NCBI RefSeq assembly: GCF_022651205.1
Contig: NZ_JALCQI010000003.1
Location: 19,693 to 83,692 of the forward strand
Length of the DNA: 64,000 nucleotides
Direction: 5' to 3'
Source of the DNA: Limosilactobacillus sp.
Lineage (GTDB): Bacteria; Bacillota; Bacilli; Lactobacillales; Lactobacillaceae
The notes beneath the pieces are model-generated. The model had not been told where the DNA came from and ran no database searches. It saw only the letters and a program-made list of their open reading frames with translations. Within the stretch, counting starts at the first letter, position 1; the number at the start of each line of letters is the position of its first letter. Below are positions 38,448-48,969 of the stretch, one piece after another. The position numbers and the translations under genes are program-made.

Positions 38448-41400
38448 TTGATCGATGTCAATAAATTTGAAAGTATGCAGATCGGCCTGGCATCACCAGA
38501 TAAGATCCGTAGTTGGTCTTACGGGGAAGTAAAAAAGCCCGAAACGATTAACTACCGGACATTAAAGCCCGAAAAGCAAGGTCTGTTTGACGAACGAATC
38601 TTTGGCCCAACCAAGGACTATGAATGTGCTTGTGGTAAGTACAAACGGATTCGCTACAAGGGTCGTGTTTGTGATCGTTGTGGAGTTGAAGTTACTAGTT
38701 CAAAGGTTCGTCGTGAACGGATGGGGCATATTGAATTAGCTGCTCCGGTTTCACACATCTGGTACTTCAAGGGTATTCCAAGTCGAATGGGTCTTGTCTT
38801 AGACATGAGTCCACGTTCACTTGAAGAAGTTATTTACTTTGCTTCATATGTTGTTTTGGATCCAGGTGATACCCCACTTGAAAAGAAGCAACTTCTCTCT
38901 GAAGCAGAATACCGTGATAAGAAGGCAGAATTTGGTGATCGCTTTACTGCTGAAATGGGTGCTGCCGCAATTAAGAAATTATTAGCGGATGTGGACCTAA
39001 AGAAGGAAGCAGTAGAATTAAAGGAAGAACTTAAGGAAGCTACTGGTCAAAAGCGGACCCGGGCTATCCGCCGTTTGGACATTCTGGAAGCCTTCATCAA
39101 GTCTGGTAATAAGCCAGAATGGATGGTTATGGACGTTATTCCTGTTATGCCACCTGATTTACGGCCGATGGTTCAACTTGAAGGTGGTCGGTTTGCCACC
39201 TCTGACTTGAACGATTTGTACCGGCGTGTTATTAACCGGAATAACCGTTTAAAGCGTCTTTTGAAGTTGCAAGCTCCTGGTATCATCGTTCAAAACGAAA
39301 AGCGGATGCTTCAGGAAGCCGTTGATGCATTGATCGATAACGGTCGTCGGGGCCGTCCAGTTTCTGGTCCTGGTAACCGTCCACTAAAGTCACTTTCTCA
39401 CTTACTTAAGGGTAAGCAAGGTCGTTTCCGTCAAAACTTACTTGGTAAGCGTGTCGACTACTCTGGTCGTTCAGTTATCGATGTTGGTCCATCATTGCGA
39501 ATGAACCAGATGGGACTACCTGTTCCAATGGCACTTGAATTGTTTAAGCCATTTATTATGCACGAATTGGTTAAGCGTGGTTTATCTGCCAACGTTAAGG
39601 CAGCTAAGCGGAAGATTGACCGTCGTGATGATGATGTCTTTGATGTTCTTGAAGATGTTATTAAGGAACACCCTGTTCTTCTTAACCGGGCACCTACATT
39701 GCACCGGTTAGGTATTCAGGCCTTTGAACCAATTTTGGTTTCTGGGAAGTCAATGCGTCTCCACCCATTAGTATGTACTGCATATAATGCCGACTTTGAT
39801 GGAGACCAGATGGCGATCCACGTACCACTTTCAGATGAAGCGCAAGCCGAAGCACGGTTGTTAATGCTTGCTGCTTCCCACATTTTGAGTCCTCGTGACG
39901 GTGAACCAATTGTTTCACCATCTCAGGATATGGTTATCGGTAACTACTACATGACCACTGAAGATAAGGGTCGTGAAGGTGAAGGTATGATCTTCATGAA
40001 TACCGATGAAGCTGAAATGGCATACCGGAATAATTATGTTTCGCTACAAACACGTGTAGGGGTTCAAGTTTCATCATTCCCAGATAAGCCATTTACTGAA
40101 GAACAACGTGGCAAGATCATGGTAACTAGTGTTGGTAAGCTATTGTTCAACCGGATTCTTCCTAAGGACTTTAACTACATCAACGAACCTACTGCTGCTA
40201 ATATTACTGATGGTGTCGATGATCGCTTCTTCCTCGATCCAGGTGAAGATATCAAAGACTATCTTGAGAATGCACCACTTGTTCCACCATTCAAGAAGGG
40301 CTTCTTATCTGACTTAATTGCTGAAGTTTACAAGCAATACAAGGTTACTAAGACCTCTCAATTCCTTGATCGGATTAAGGATCTTGGTTACTACGAATCA
40401 ACAATTTCTGGTTTAACAACTGCTATGTCTGATATTCATGACTTGCCTGAAAAGCCAGAAATTATCAAGAAGGCCCGGAAGCAAGTTGCATTAGTAACTA
40501 AGCAATTCCGTCGTGGTTTGATTACTGACGATGAACGGTATGATCGGGTTATCGGTATCTGGAATGATGCTAAGGATGAAGTTCAAAACAAGCTGATTGA
40601 ACACATGGACATTCATAACCCAATCAACATGATGTCTGACTCAGGTGCTCGTGGTAACATTTCTAACTTTACTCAGCTTGCCGGGATGCGTGGATTGATG
40701 GCTTCTCCAAACGGTAAGATTATGGAATTGCCAGTTCTTTCAAACTTCTATGAAGGTCTGTCAGTTCTGGAGATGTTCATTTCTTCTCACGGTGCTCGTA
40801 AGGGTATGACTGATACCGCTTTGAAGACTGCTAACTCAGGTTACTTAACTCGGCGGTTAGTTGATGTCGCCCAAGATGTTGTTGTTCGGGAAAAGGACTG
40901 TGGCACTGACCGTGGTCTTGAAGTTACTGCAATTACCAATGGTAACGAAATGATCGAACCACTCTATGACCGGATTATGGGACGTTACACTATGAAGTCC
41001 GTATTCGATCCAAAGACCGGTGAAAAGATCGTTGGTAAGAACGTCTTAATTGATGAAACAATGGCACAAAAGATTGTAGACGCAGGAGTTAAGAAGGTTA
41101 CTATCCGTTCTGCATTCACTTGCAACACTGAACACGGTGTTTGTGAACGTTGTTACGGTCGTAACGCTGCTACTGGTGATCGTGTTGAAGCCGGTGAAGC
41201 AGTTGGTACTGTTGCCGCACAATCAATTGGTGAACCGGGTACTCAGTTGACTTTGCGGAACTTCCACACTGGTGGTGTTGCTGGTAACGAGGATATCACC
41301 CAAGGTCTTCCTCGTGTTCAAGAAATTGTTGAAGCACGTAATCCTAAGGGTCGTGCAACCATTACCGAGGTTACTGGTGAAGTTGAGTCAATTGAAGAAA

Positions 41401-42083
41401 ATCCTGCAGAACGGACTAAGGATGTTACTGTTAAGGGTGAAACCGATACTCGGACATACACCTTGCCAATTACTGCACGGATGCGTGTTGCTGAAGGTGA
41501 CTTTGTTCACCGTGGGACCGCTCTTAACGAAGGTTCAATTGATCCTAAGGAATTAATCCGTGTTCGTGATGTTCTTTCCACTGAAACTTACCTTCTTGCT
41601 GAAGTTCAGAAGGTTTACCGTATGCAGGGTATCGACCTGTTAGATAAGCACGTTGAAATCATGATTCGTCAAATGATGCGGAAAGTTCGTGTCATGGATC
41701 CAGGTGATACAGATATGTTGCCAGGTCAATTGATGGATATCGGTCAATTCCGTGATGCTAACTACAAGACATTGGTAGCTGGTAATATTCCTGCAACTGC
41801 TCGTCCAGTTATCTTGGGAATTACTAAGGCCGCTCTTGAAACTAACAGTTTCTTGTCAGCTGCTTCATTCCAGGAAACTACTCGTGTTCTGACAGATGCC
41901 GCTATTCGTGGTAAGAATGATCCGTTAGTTGGATTGAAGGAAAATGTTATTATTGGTAAGATTATCCCTGCTGGTACTGGTATGAGTACGTACCGGGATA
42001 TTAAACCAAAGGAAGTTAATGTTGCTGCTTACTCCATCAAGGACTTAGAGGCTAAGATGAAGGAAGAAGACAAACAGAACTAA
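38448..42083 (+). CDS. rpoC: RNA polymerase beta' subunit
   Basis: NADFDGD catalytic motif, Zn-finger Cys residues, SAASFQETT. Confidence 0.99.
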   Translation: MIDVNKFESMQIGLASPDKIRSWSYGEVKKPETINYRTLKPEKQGLFDERIFGPTKDYECACGKYKRIRYKGRVCDRCGVEVTSSKVRRERMGHIELAAPVSHIWYFKGIPSRMGLVLDMSPRSLEEVIYFASYVVLDPGDTPLEKKQLLSEAEYRDKKAEFGDRFTAEMGAAAIKKLLADVDLKKEAVELKEELKEATGQKRTRAIRRLDILEAFIKSGNKPEWMVMDVIPVMPPDLRPMVQLEGGRFATSDLNDLYRRVINRNNRLKRLLKLQAPGIIVQNEKRMLQEAVDALIDNGRRGRPVSGPGNRPLKSLSHLLKGKQGRFRQNLLGKRVDYSGRSVIDVGPSLRMNQMGLPVPMALELFKPFIMHELVKRGLSANVKAAKRKIDRRDDDVFDVLEDVIKEHPVLLNRAPTLHRLGIQAFEPILVSGKSMRLHPLVCTAYNADFDGDQMAIHVPLSDEAQAEARLLMLAASHILSPRDGEPIVSPSQDMVIGNYYMTTEDKGREGEGMIFMNTDEAEMAYRNNYVSLQTRVGVQVSSFPDKPFTEEQRGKIMVTSVGKLLFNRILPKDFNYINEPTAANITDGVDDRFFLDPGEDIKDYLENAPLVPPFKKGFLSDLIAEVYKQYKVTKTSQFLDRIKDLGYYESTISGLTTAMSDIHDLPEKPEIIKKARKQVALVTKQFRRGLITDDERYDRVIGIWNDAKDEVQNKLIEHMDIHNPINMMSDSGARGNISNFTQLAGMRGLMASPNGKIMELPVLSNFYEGLSVLEMFISSHGARKGMTDTALKTANSGYLTRRLVDVAQDVVVREKDCGTDRGLEVTAITNGNEMIEPLYDRIMGRYTMKSVFDPKTGEKIVGKNVLIDETMAQKIVDAGVKKVTIRSAFTCNTEHGVCERCYGRNAATGDRVEAGEAVGTVAAQSIGEPGTQLTLRNFHTGGVAGNEDITQGLPRVQEIVEARNPKGRATITEVTGEVESIEENPAERTKDVTVKGETDTRTYTLPITARMRVAEGDFVHRGTALNEGSIDPKELIRVRDVLSTETYLLAEVQKVYRMQGIDLLDKHVEIMIRQMMRKVRVMDPGDTDMLPGQLMDIGQFRDANYKTLVAGNIPATARPVILGITKAALETNSFLSAASFQETTRVLTDAAIRGKNDPLVGLKENVIIGKIIPAGTGMSTYRDIKPKEVNVAAYSIKDLEAKMKEEDKQN

Positions 42084-42099
42084 CCGAATTTCCTAATTA

Positions 42100-42132
42100 A
42101 AGGGCTATGACTTGATTGTCATGGTCCTTTTT
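42100..42132 (+). terminator. rpoBC terminator
   Basis: aagggctatgac-ttgatt-gtcatggtcctt-ttt. Confidence 0.78.
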
Positions 42133-42219
42133 GCTATTTTAAATATTGATAAGATTTATTTAAGGGGGACTATAGCGGGAGTAGCTATAGTTCTCCGTTA
42201 CTTTTGGGAGAAAAAAACA

Positions 42220-43422
42220 TTGAAAAAATATACGATTGAGATTCCAGAATTAGCTATGAAGAAGACAGGCTTTAAGCCGAGTGATCAACTGGAATTAAAT
42301 GTTAATCATAATGAAATTACACTTAGACCTTCACGCGTGACGGATCAATTGCCTAAAATTAGGTTATATTGGTACACTTTGCCGGCTCTAGTTCTAGCAA
42401 TTACATTCTTCATTTTTTGTCGAGAACAGCATATGAGGACGGTGCCAATTACGGGTGACTATTCGATCGCTAATGGTTCAATGCTATTGAGCTTGGTTAG
42501 TGGCTTACTTGTCTTCATCGTTAGCTTTATTGTCACAAAACTAAACAATAACGGACCGACCAGGAATGTTTATTGGCGGAGTTTGCCGACGATTACAATT
42601 GCATGTGGCTTAATTATTGTCTTCTCGTTTTCAGCTTTCTTTTGGCTATTGGGAAAATTATTTGTTGCTGCACGATTCGATATTTATACTTCAACAACCT
42701 TTGTTTTCGTAATTATTGCTGCGGTTAATTATTTGATGATTAACCTTTCACTAACTCTTTCTTCCGGAATAATAACTAACCTATTAACAATTATGATTAT
42801 TGGTGGAATGCTGTTTTCAATGTTAACGAATTCTACTCGAGATTGGTGGAAACATAATTTTAGCTTTTTAGGAACAGCACAGAATTCAGCCAATTTACAG
42901 TTTAATGTAACCCTTATTTTCTCTGGATTATTAATGATGGCGTTAGTTGATTACCTTTTTGTCAATCTTCAGCAAAAGTATCCGGGAATTAAGACACAGT
43001 TATTACGTTGGTTATTGTATGGTGAGGCCGCATGCATTGCTGCAATTGGACTCTTTCCTAATAATCCCAAATTCCATATCCTTCATGACCGAATTTCAAT
43101 GTGGCTTGTTTACATCATGTTAATTTTGATTGTTGCGATAAAATGGATCCTTCCGGAAGTTACAAGACAATTTTTAGTGCTCTCTTACGTGATTGGATCT
43201 GTAATGGGTGCAGAGTACATTATATTTAAATTAGCTAACTACTTATCGTTAACGGCATTTGAATTGATTGAATTTGCTCTGGCCTTTTCGTGGCTATTAT
43301 TGTTGTTACAGAATATTGAAAACCTCGCTCAATATGGTGAACAGTTGTTTCTTGTTAAAATTAAAAGTGAAAAAATATCAGCTAAGGTAGAAAAGCAGCC
43401 TCACGATAAAGCTAATAGCTAA
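42220..43422 (+). CDS. DUF998-like multi-TM membrane protein with an N-terminal AbrB/MazE-like segment
   Basis: TTG 42220 after GGGAG (the ORF-track start at 42112 lies in the rpoC terminator); WWKHNFSFLGT, FNVTL, IGLFPN..HILHD; about 10 TM. Confidence 0.75.
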   Translation: MKKYTIEIPELAMKKTGFKPSDQLELNVNHNEITLRPSRVTDQLPKIRLYWYTLPALVLAITFFIFCREQHMRTVPITGDYSIANGSMLLSLVSGLLVFIVSFIVTKLNNNGPTRNVYWRSLPTITIACGLIIVFSFSAFFWLLGKLFVAARFDIYTSTTFVFVIIAAVNYLMINLSLTLSSGIITNLLTIMIIGGMLFSMLTNSTRDWWKHNFSFLGTAQNSANLQFNVTLIFSGLLMMALVDYLFVNLQQKYPGIKTQLLRWLLYGEAACIAAIGLFPNNPKFHILHDRISMWLVYIMLILIVAIKWILPEVTRQFLVLSYVIGSVMGAEYIIFKLANYLSLTAFELIEFALAFSWLLLLLQNIENLAQYGEQLFLVKIKSEKISAKVEKQPHDKANS

Positions 43423-44073
43423 TCCGGGAATTAGTGGCAGCTTTTTGCCTCTTTTTATTATGGTAGGAATTATGGTTAATATGCAGCCAATAAGAACAAT
43501 CTGTGCAGTTGCCTCCCAATGCCAAATAAAATCAGTCATGAGGATAAAGTAAATATCACCAGTTCCTAATCCCTTAGTAAGAAACTGCAATATAAAAAGG
43601 AAAGTACCAATTAAGACTATTTCAATCAAGGCTTGGCTAGTTAAAAAATGGCTGGGAGAGAGGATAAATAGAAGAGGGAGCAACCCGGTTAGCGCAAGTG
43701 GGTAGATTACTTGTGCGGTGAAATCGGTTATTGAGAGGTAAAGAAGAGTTAAAAGGGCACAGGTAAGGATCAAATTATGTTGCCAAGAAAACGAAAAAGT
43801 CTTCGCAGTAAATAAAATGACAACAGTTTCTGATAAGGGGAAAAATGAAGAGATCCTGGCACCACACCAATGACATTTTCCCCGTTGGACAATAAAACCA
43901 ATAACCGGGATAAGTTGCCACCAGCATAAACGATGAGAACAATTATCACAAATAGAGAATTGTGGTTGCCAAGGTAATTGGTGAGTGACTTGCCGTTGAC
44001 CACAGAGGGTAACAAATGATGCTAGAGTTACAGTGACAACACAATTAATTAAGGTAAAAAGCAATGAGTTCAT
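43378..44073 (-). CDS. comC: Prepilin peptidase (A24, ComC-like)
   Basis: SICDNCSHRL..WQLIPV...RGKCHWC Zn motifs, SITD, GLGTGD catalytic Asp, PLIPG. Confidence 0.85.
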   Translation of the reverse strand: MNSLLFTLINCVVTVTLASFVTLCGQRQVTHQLPWQPQFSICDNCSHRLCWWQLIPVIGFIVQRGKCHWCGARISSFFPLSETVVILFTAKTFSFSWQHNLILTCALLTLLYLSITDFTAQVIYPLALTGLLPLLFILSPSHFLTSQALIEIVLIGTFLFILQFLTKGLGTGDIYFILMTDFIWHWEATAQIVLIGCILTIIPTIIKRGKKLPLIPGLAISFIVRLLFYLS

Positions 44074-44147
44074 CTCCTAAAGACTTGCTATAGATCCATA
44101 ACGTAAAATTCCTTAAATTTTATCTAGAAAAATTTGGAGAGACTTCA

Positions 44148-44330
44148 TTGACATTATTAGTGGGCCGTGATAGTCTATTAAAGGTGCTTTTTATAGCAAC
44201 GTCGGTGTCTGTCGTTGGGCAGACTTTGCGTCAACGAAGGCACGTAATTTAATATCGTCCAAGAACTTTTTTTATTCTTAAAAAAGAACCACCTGGATGT
44301 GTGGACTTAAAATAAGGAAGGGGAAAAATT
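44148..44330 (+). promoter_or_regulatory. str operon promoter and structured leader
   Basis: TTGACA-17-TAGTCT with extended TG; hairpin gtctgtc/gggcagac; ACCACCTGGATGTGTGG motif typical of Firmicutes rpsL leaders. Confidence 0.62.
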
Positions 44331-44750
44331 ATGCCAACCATTAACCAATTGGTACGTAAGGGTCGTAAGAGCCACAAGGGCAAGTCAAAGTCACCAGCTC
44401 TTGGTTACGTTTACAACACTTTTAAAAAGGAAGAAGTTAAGACTCCATCACCACAAAAGCGTGGGGTCGCTACCCGTGTCGGTACTATGACACCAAAGAA
44501 GCCTAACTCAGCTTTACGGAAGTACGCCCGTGTACGTCTTTCTAACTTGATCGAAGTTACTGCTTACATTCCTGGTATTGGTCACAACCTCCAAGAACAC
44601 TCAGTTGTTTTAATTCGTGGTGGTCGTGTTAAGGACTTGCCTGGGGTTCGTTATCACATCGTTCGTGGTACGCTTGATACTGCCGGTGTTGAAGGACGGA
44701 TGCAAGGACGTTCTAAGTACGGTGCTAAGAAGCCTAAGAGTAAGAAGTAA
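44331..44750 (+). CDS. rpsL: 30S ribosomal protein S12
   Basis: [34 protein letters not shown]. Confidence 0.99.
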   Translation: MPTINQLVRKGRKSHKGKSKSPALGYVYNTFKKEEVKTPSPQKRGVATRVGTMTPKKPNSALRKYARVRLSNLIEVTAYIPGIGHNLQEHSVVLIRGGRVKDLPGVRYHIVRGTLDTAGVEGRMQGRSKYGAKKPKSKK

Positions 44751-44771
44751 AATATTAGGAGGGATTAAGTA

Positions 44772-45242
44772 ATGCCACGTAAAGGACATGTACAAAAGCG
44801 TGAAATTTTACCAGATCCAATGTACAACTCAAAGTTGGTTACCAGCTTGATTGACCACTTGATGATCGATGGTAAGCGCGGAACTGCTACTAAGATTTTG
44901 TATGCAGCATTTGATGAAATTAAGGATGAAACAGGTAACAACCCTGTAGAAGTTTTCGAACAAGCTATGGAAAACGTTATGCCTGTTCTTGAAGTTAAGG
45001 CTCGTCGTGTTGGTGGTTCAAACTACCAAGTTCCAATTGAAGTTCGTCCAGAACGTCGGACCACTTTAGGTCTTCGTTGGATTGTTCAATACGCACGGTT
45101 GCGTGGTGAACACACAATGGTTGAACGTCTTGCACGTGAAATCATCGATGCTTCAAATAACACTGGTGCTTCAGTTAAGAAGCGTGAAGATACTCACCGT
45201 ATGGCTGAAGCCAACCGTGCTTTCGCACACTACCGCTGGTAA
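44772..45242 (+). CDS. rpsG: 30S ribosomal protein S7
   Basis: [28 protein letters not shown]. Confidence 0.99.
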   Translation: MPRKGHVQKREILPDPMYNSKLVTSLIDHLMIDGKRGTATKILYAAFDEIKDETGNNPVEVFEQAMENVMPVLEVKARRVGGSNYQVPIEVRPERRTTLGLRWIVQYARLRGEHTMVERLAREIIDASNNTGASVKKREDTHRMAEANRAFAHYRW

Positions 45243-45380
45243 TCACTGCGAATTGAAACCGGTTGCCTAACCAGTTACAATATAGGGGTGACGTAGATTA
45301 TTTGAATAACCGTCATCCCTTTTTCTAAATAAAGTTTGATTTAAAAATAACCATATTCTGGAAGGAGATACACTTTTAAG

Positions 45381-47465
45381 ATGGCTAACAAACGTGAATA
45401 CCCGCTTGAAAAAACTCGTAACATCGGGATCATGGCTCACATCGATGCCGGTAAGACGACTGCCACTGAACGGATTCTTTACTACACTGGTAAGATTCAT
45501 AAGATTGGTGAAACCCACGATGGTGCTTCACAAATGGACTGGATGGATGAAGAAAAGGAACGTGGTATCACTATCACTTCTGCAGCCACTACTGCCGTTT
45601 GGAAGGATTACCGGATTAACATTATCGATACCCCAGGACACGTGGACTTCACTGTCGAAGTTGAACGTGCACTTCGGGTTCTTGATGGTGCCGTAACTGT
45701 CCTTGATGCTCAAGCTGGTGTTGAACCACAAACTGAAACCGTTTGGCGTCAAGCTGATGACTTTGATGTTCCACGGATCGTGTTCGCTAACAAGATGGAC
45801 AAGGTTGGTGCTAACTTTGATTACTCAGTTCAAACAATTAAGGATCGGTTAAATGTCACCCCATTACCGATTCAAATGCCAATCGGTGCTGAAGATACTT
45901 TCTCCGGTGTTGTTGACTTAGTTAAGATGGTCGCTTATGTTTATGACGAAGATAAGCTCGGTAAGAACTGGGACACTGTTGATATTCCTGATGATATGAA
46001 GGAAGAAGCCCAAAAACGTCATGATGCTATGATCGAAACCTTGGCTGATATTGATGACAACATTATGGAAAAGTACCTTGAAGGTGACGAAATTTCTGTT
46101 GACGAAATCAAGGCTGCTATTCGTAAGGGTACTTTGGAAGAAAAACTTTTCCCTGTATTAGCTGGTTCAGCATACAAGGATAAGGGTATTCAAATGATGC
46201 TTGATGCTGTTATCGACTACTTACCATCACCACTTGATGTTAAGCCTTTCATTGCTCACGATGCTGATGGTAATGAAGTTGAATTGACTGCCGGTGACAA
46301 CAAGCCATTCGCTGCTTTAGCATTTAAGATTGCTACTGACCCATTCGTTGGTCGTTTAACATTCTTACGTGTTTACACTGGTTCTCTTCAATCAGGTTCA
46401 TACGTTCTTAACGCTACTAAGGATAAGCGTGAACGGATTGGTCGTTTGCTTCAAATGCACTCAAACCAACAACATGAAATTCCAGAAGTATTCTCTGGTG
46501 ATATTGCCGCTGCTATTGGTTTGAAGAACACTGGTACTGGTGACTCATTAACTGATCCAGATCACCCACTTCAACTTGAATCAATGGACTTCCCTGACCC
46601 AGTTATCCAGGTTTCCGTTGAACCTAAGTCAAAGGCTGACCAAGACAAGATGGACAAGGGGCTACAAAAGTTGGCTGAAGAAGATCCAACCTTCAAGGCC
46701 GAAACTAACCCTGAAACTGGTGAAACTTTGATCGCCGGAATGGGTGAACTCCACTTGGACATTATTGTTGAACGTCTTCGTCGTGAATTCCACGCTGAAG
46801 TTACTGTTGGTAAGCCACAAGTATCCTACCGTGAAGCATTTACTAAGAAGGTATCTGCACAAGGTAAGTTCGTTCGTCAATCTGGTGGTAAAGGTCAATA
46901 CGGTGATGTATGGATTGAATTTACCCCACTTGAAGAAGGTAAAGGATTTGAATTTGAAGATGCTATCGTTGGTGGTGTTGTTCCTCGTGAATTCATCCCT
47001 GCCGTTGAACAAGGTTTGAAGGAAGCTATGCAAAACGGTGTATTAGCAGGTTACCCACTTGTTGATATGCATGCTAAGCTTTACGATGGTAGTTACCACG
47101 AAGTTGACTCTAGTGAAGCCGCCTTCAAGGTTGCCGCATCACTTGCCTTGAAGAATGCTGCTAAGAAAGCAGATCCAGTTATCCTTGAACCTATTATGAA
47201 GGTTGACATTGTTGTTCCTGAAGACAACATGGGGGATGTTATGGGTCAAGTTACCGCTCGTCGTGGTAACATTGATGGTATGGAAGAACGTGGTAACGCA
47301 CAACAAATCCACTCATTTGTTCCACTTTCAGAAATGTTCGGTTACGCTACTGCCCTTCGTTCTGCTACCCAGGGTCGTGGTACCTTCACTATGACTTTCG
47401 ATCACTACTCAGCTGTTCCTAAGTCAGTTCAAGAAAAGATTATTAAGGAAAGCGGCAATAACTAA
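45381..47465 (+). CDS. fusA: Elongation factor G
   Basis: [40 protein letters not shown]. Confidence 0.99.
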   Translation: MANKREYPLEKTRNIGIMAHIDAGKTTATERILYYTGKIHKIGETHDGASQMDWMDEEKERGITITSAATTAVWKDYRINIIDTPGHVDFTVEVERALRVLDGAVTVLDAQAGVEPQTETVWRQADDFDVPRIVFANKMDKVGANFDYSVQTIKDRLNVTPLPIQMPIGAEDTFSGVVDLVKMVAYVYDEDKLGKNWDTVDIPDDMKEEAQKRHDAMIETLADIDDNIMEKYLEGDEISVDEIKAAIRKGTLEEKLFPVLAGSAYKDKGIQMMLDAVIDYLPSPLDVKPFIAHDADGNEVELTAGDNKPFAALAFKIATDPFVGRLTFLRVYTGSLQSGSYVLNATKDKRERIGRLLQMHSNQQHEIPEVFSGDIAAAIGLKNTGTGDSLTDPDHPLQLESMDFPDPVIQVSVEPKSKADQDKMDKGLQKLAEEDPTFKAETNPETGETLIAGMGELHLDIIVERLRREFHAEVTVGKPQVSYREAFTKKVSAQGKFVRQSGGKGQYGDVWIEFTPLEEGKGFEFEDAIVGGVVPREFIPAVEQGLKEAMQNGVLAGYPLVDMHAKLYDGSYHEVDSSEAAFKVAASLALKNAAKKADPVILEPIMKVDIVVPEDNMGDVMGQVTARRGNIDGMEERGNAQQIHSFVPLSEMFGYATALRSATQGRGTFTMTFDHYSAVPKSVQEKIIKESGNN

Positions 47466-47483
47466 TTGCCTAATAAATCCTTA

Positions 47484-47527
47484 AAAAGAGTTTGAAGACG
47501 AATTAATCTTCAAGCTCTTTTCTTTTT
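47484..47527 (+). terminator. str operon terminator (no tuf follows)
   Basis: aaaagagtttgaaga...tcttcaagctctttt-cttttt. Confidence 0.8.
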
Positions 47528-47539
47528 CTTTAAATAATA

Positions 47540-47583
47540 ACGAATGATTTAGTATTTACATTTAAAATAGTTCGTGTTAATCT
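47540..47583 (+). promoter_or_regulatory. Promoter with an inverted PurBox pair (putative PurR operator)
   Basis: ACGAAT (47540)...GTTCGT (47570), N24 spacing; TTTACA-17-TAATCT with extended TG. Confidence 0.65.
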
Positions 47584-47616
47584 AATGGTACAAATTTGTT
47601 GAAGGGGAATATCTTA

Positions 47617-48957
47617 ATGGAGAACCTAGTTGTTCATGGGACTTACTTTACTTCTCAGAATGCGAATAAGGTAGAGTCGCATGAGAATTACCTAATCTGC
47701 ATTGATCAAAGTGGTACCATTAACCGAACGGTAGCACCATCTGATAAGGAATATTCGAAATTACTGGAAAGTGCACGAAAACAAGAACGATTAATTTATT
47801 TGAAACCTAATCAATATATTCTACCGGGATTCATTGATCTTCATGTTCATGCTCCACAGTGGCCACAGGCTGGCCTTGCACTTGATTTACCCTTAGCTGA
47901 CTGGCTGAATCACTATACATTTCCGCTAGAAGCTAAGTTTAGTGATCTTGACTATGCACATCGGGTATACCGGGATTTTGTTCATGAATTATTAAGTCAG
48001 GGGACCACGACAGCATTAATGTTTGGGACGATCCATAATAATGCTAATCTTGAGTTGGCACAGCAATCAATTGCACAGGGGTTGCGAGCCTTTGTTGGTC
48101 AGGTAGTGATGGATAATCCTGAACAGACACCTGACTATTATCGCAACCAGTCCACAACGACTGCACTACAGGATACCGAAAAGTTTATTCAGTCGATTTT
48201 TGATTTAAGACGGCAAACGACTTCAACTATTATGCCCGTGATTACACCACGCTTTGTTCCAAGCTGTACAGACGAAGCATTAAGTGGCCTTGGACAACTG
48301 GCTAGACAGTATGACTTACCAGTACAATCTCATTTAAGCGAAAGTAATTGGGAACACGGGTATGCAATCAAGAGGTTCGGAATTCACGATACTTCAGTGA
48401 TGGAACGGTTTCATCTATTGACCAAGAGATCGGTAATGGCACACGGAACGCAACTAACTGACTCTGACCTTGAACTTTTGCGTCAAAGAGGAACTTCAAT
48501 CGCTCATTGTCCAATTTCTAATATTTACTTTGGCAACGGTGTGTTACCGGTAAAAAAACTATTGATTCACGGAAACCAAGTTGGACTAGGGAGTGACATT
48601 TCTGGTGGGTATTCACCAAGTCTCTATCACAATATTCGTCAGGCAGTGAAGTCATCGCAAATGCTAACGGATGGAGTTGATAGCTCCAAACCCACCGAAA
48701 AGCGCGGGGTAAGGGGCTCACGGATAACAATGGCAACTGCTTTTTATCTAGCTACGGTTGGCGGTGCTAAAGCGCTTCGATTAAAGACCGGGGAGATTGC
48801 TCCTGGTTATCAGGCTGACTTTCAAATTGTCAATGGTCACCGGTCATTAATGAAATTATCAAGGATGGATGTTTTCCAGCGTTTAATGTACCAAACCGAA
48901 CAACAGGATATTCACAGCGTTTATGTTGCCGGTAAAGAGGTTTATAGAAGAGAGTAG
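47617..48957 (+). CDS. guaD: Guanine deaminase (amidohydrolase family)
   Basis: PGFIDLHVHAPQW, WLNHYTFPLE, VITPRFVPSCT, QSHLSES, HCPISN, GLGSDISGG. Confidence 0.93.
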   Translation: MENLVVHGTYFTSQNANKVESHENYLICIDQSGTINRTVAPSDKEYSKLLESARKQERLIYLKPNQYILPGFIDLHVHAPQWPQAGLALDLPLADWLNHYTFPLEAKFSDLDYAHRVYRDFVHELLSQGTTTALMFGTIHNNANLELAQQSIAQGLRAFVGQVVMDNPEQTPDYYRNQSTTTALQDTEKFIQSIFDLRRQTTSTIMPVITPRFVPSCTDEALSGLGQLARQYDLPVQSHLSESNWEHGYAIKRFGIHDTSVMERFHLLTKRSVMAHGTQLTDSDLELLRQRGTSIAHCPISNIYFGNGVLPVKKLLIHGNQVGLGSDISGGYSPSLYHNIRQAVKSSQMLTDGVDSSKPTEKRGVRGSRITMATAFYLATVGGAKALRLKTGEIAPGYQADFQIVNGHRSLMKLSRMDVFQRLMYQTEQQDIHSVYVAGKEVYRRE

Positions 48958-48969
48958 GAGGAAATTTTA

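Noticed and set aside
42112-42219. N-terminal extension of the 436-aa ORF; GGGAGTAGC resembling a yybP-ykoY riboswitch
   Set aside because: The extension starts within the rpoC terminator without an SD. The other yybP-ykoY elements are absent.
47465-47530. tuf missing after fusA
   Set aside because: Normal for lactobacilli, where tuf lies elsewhere.
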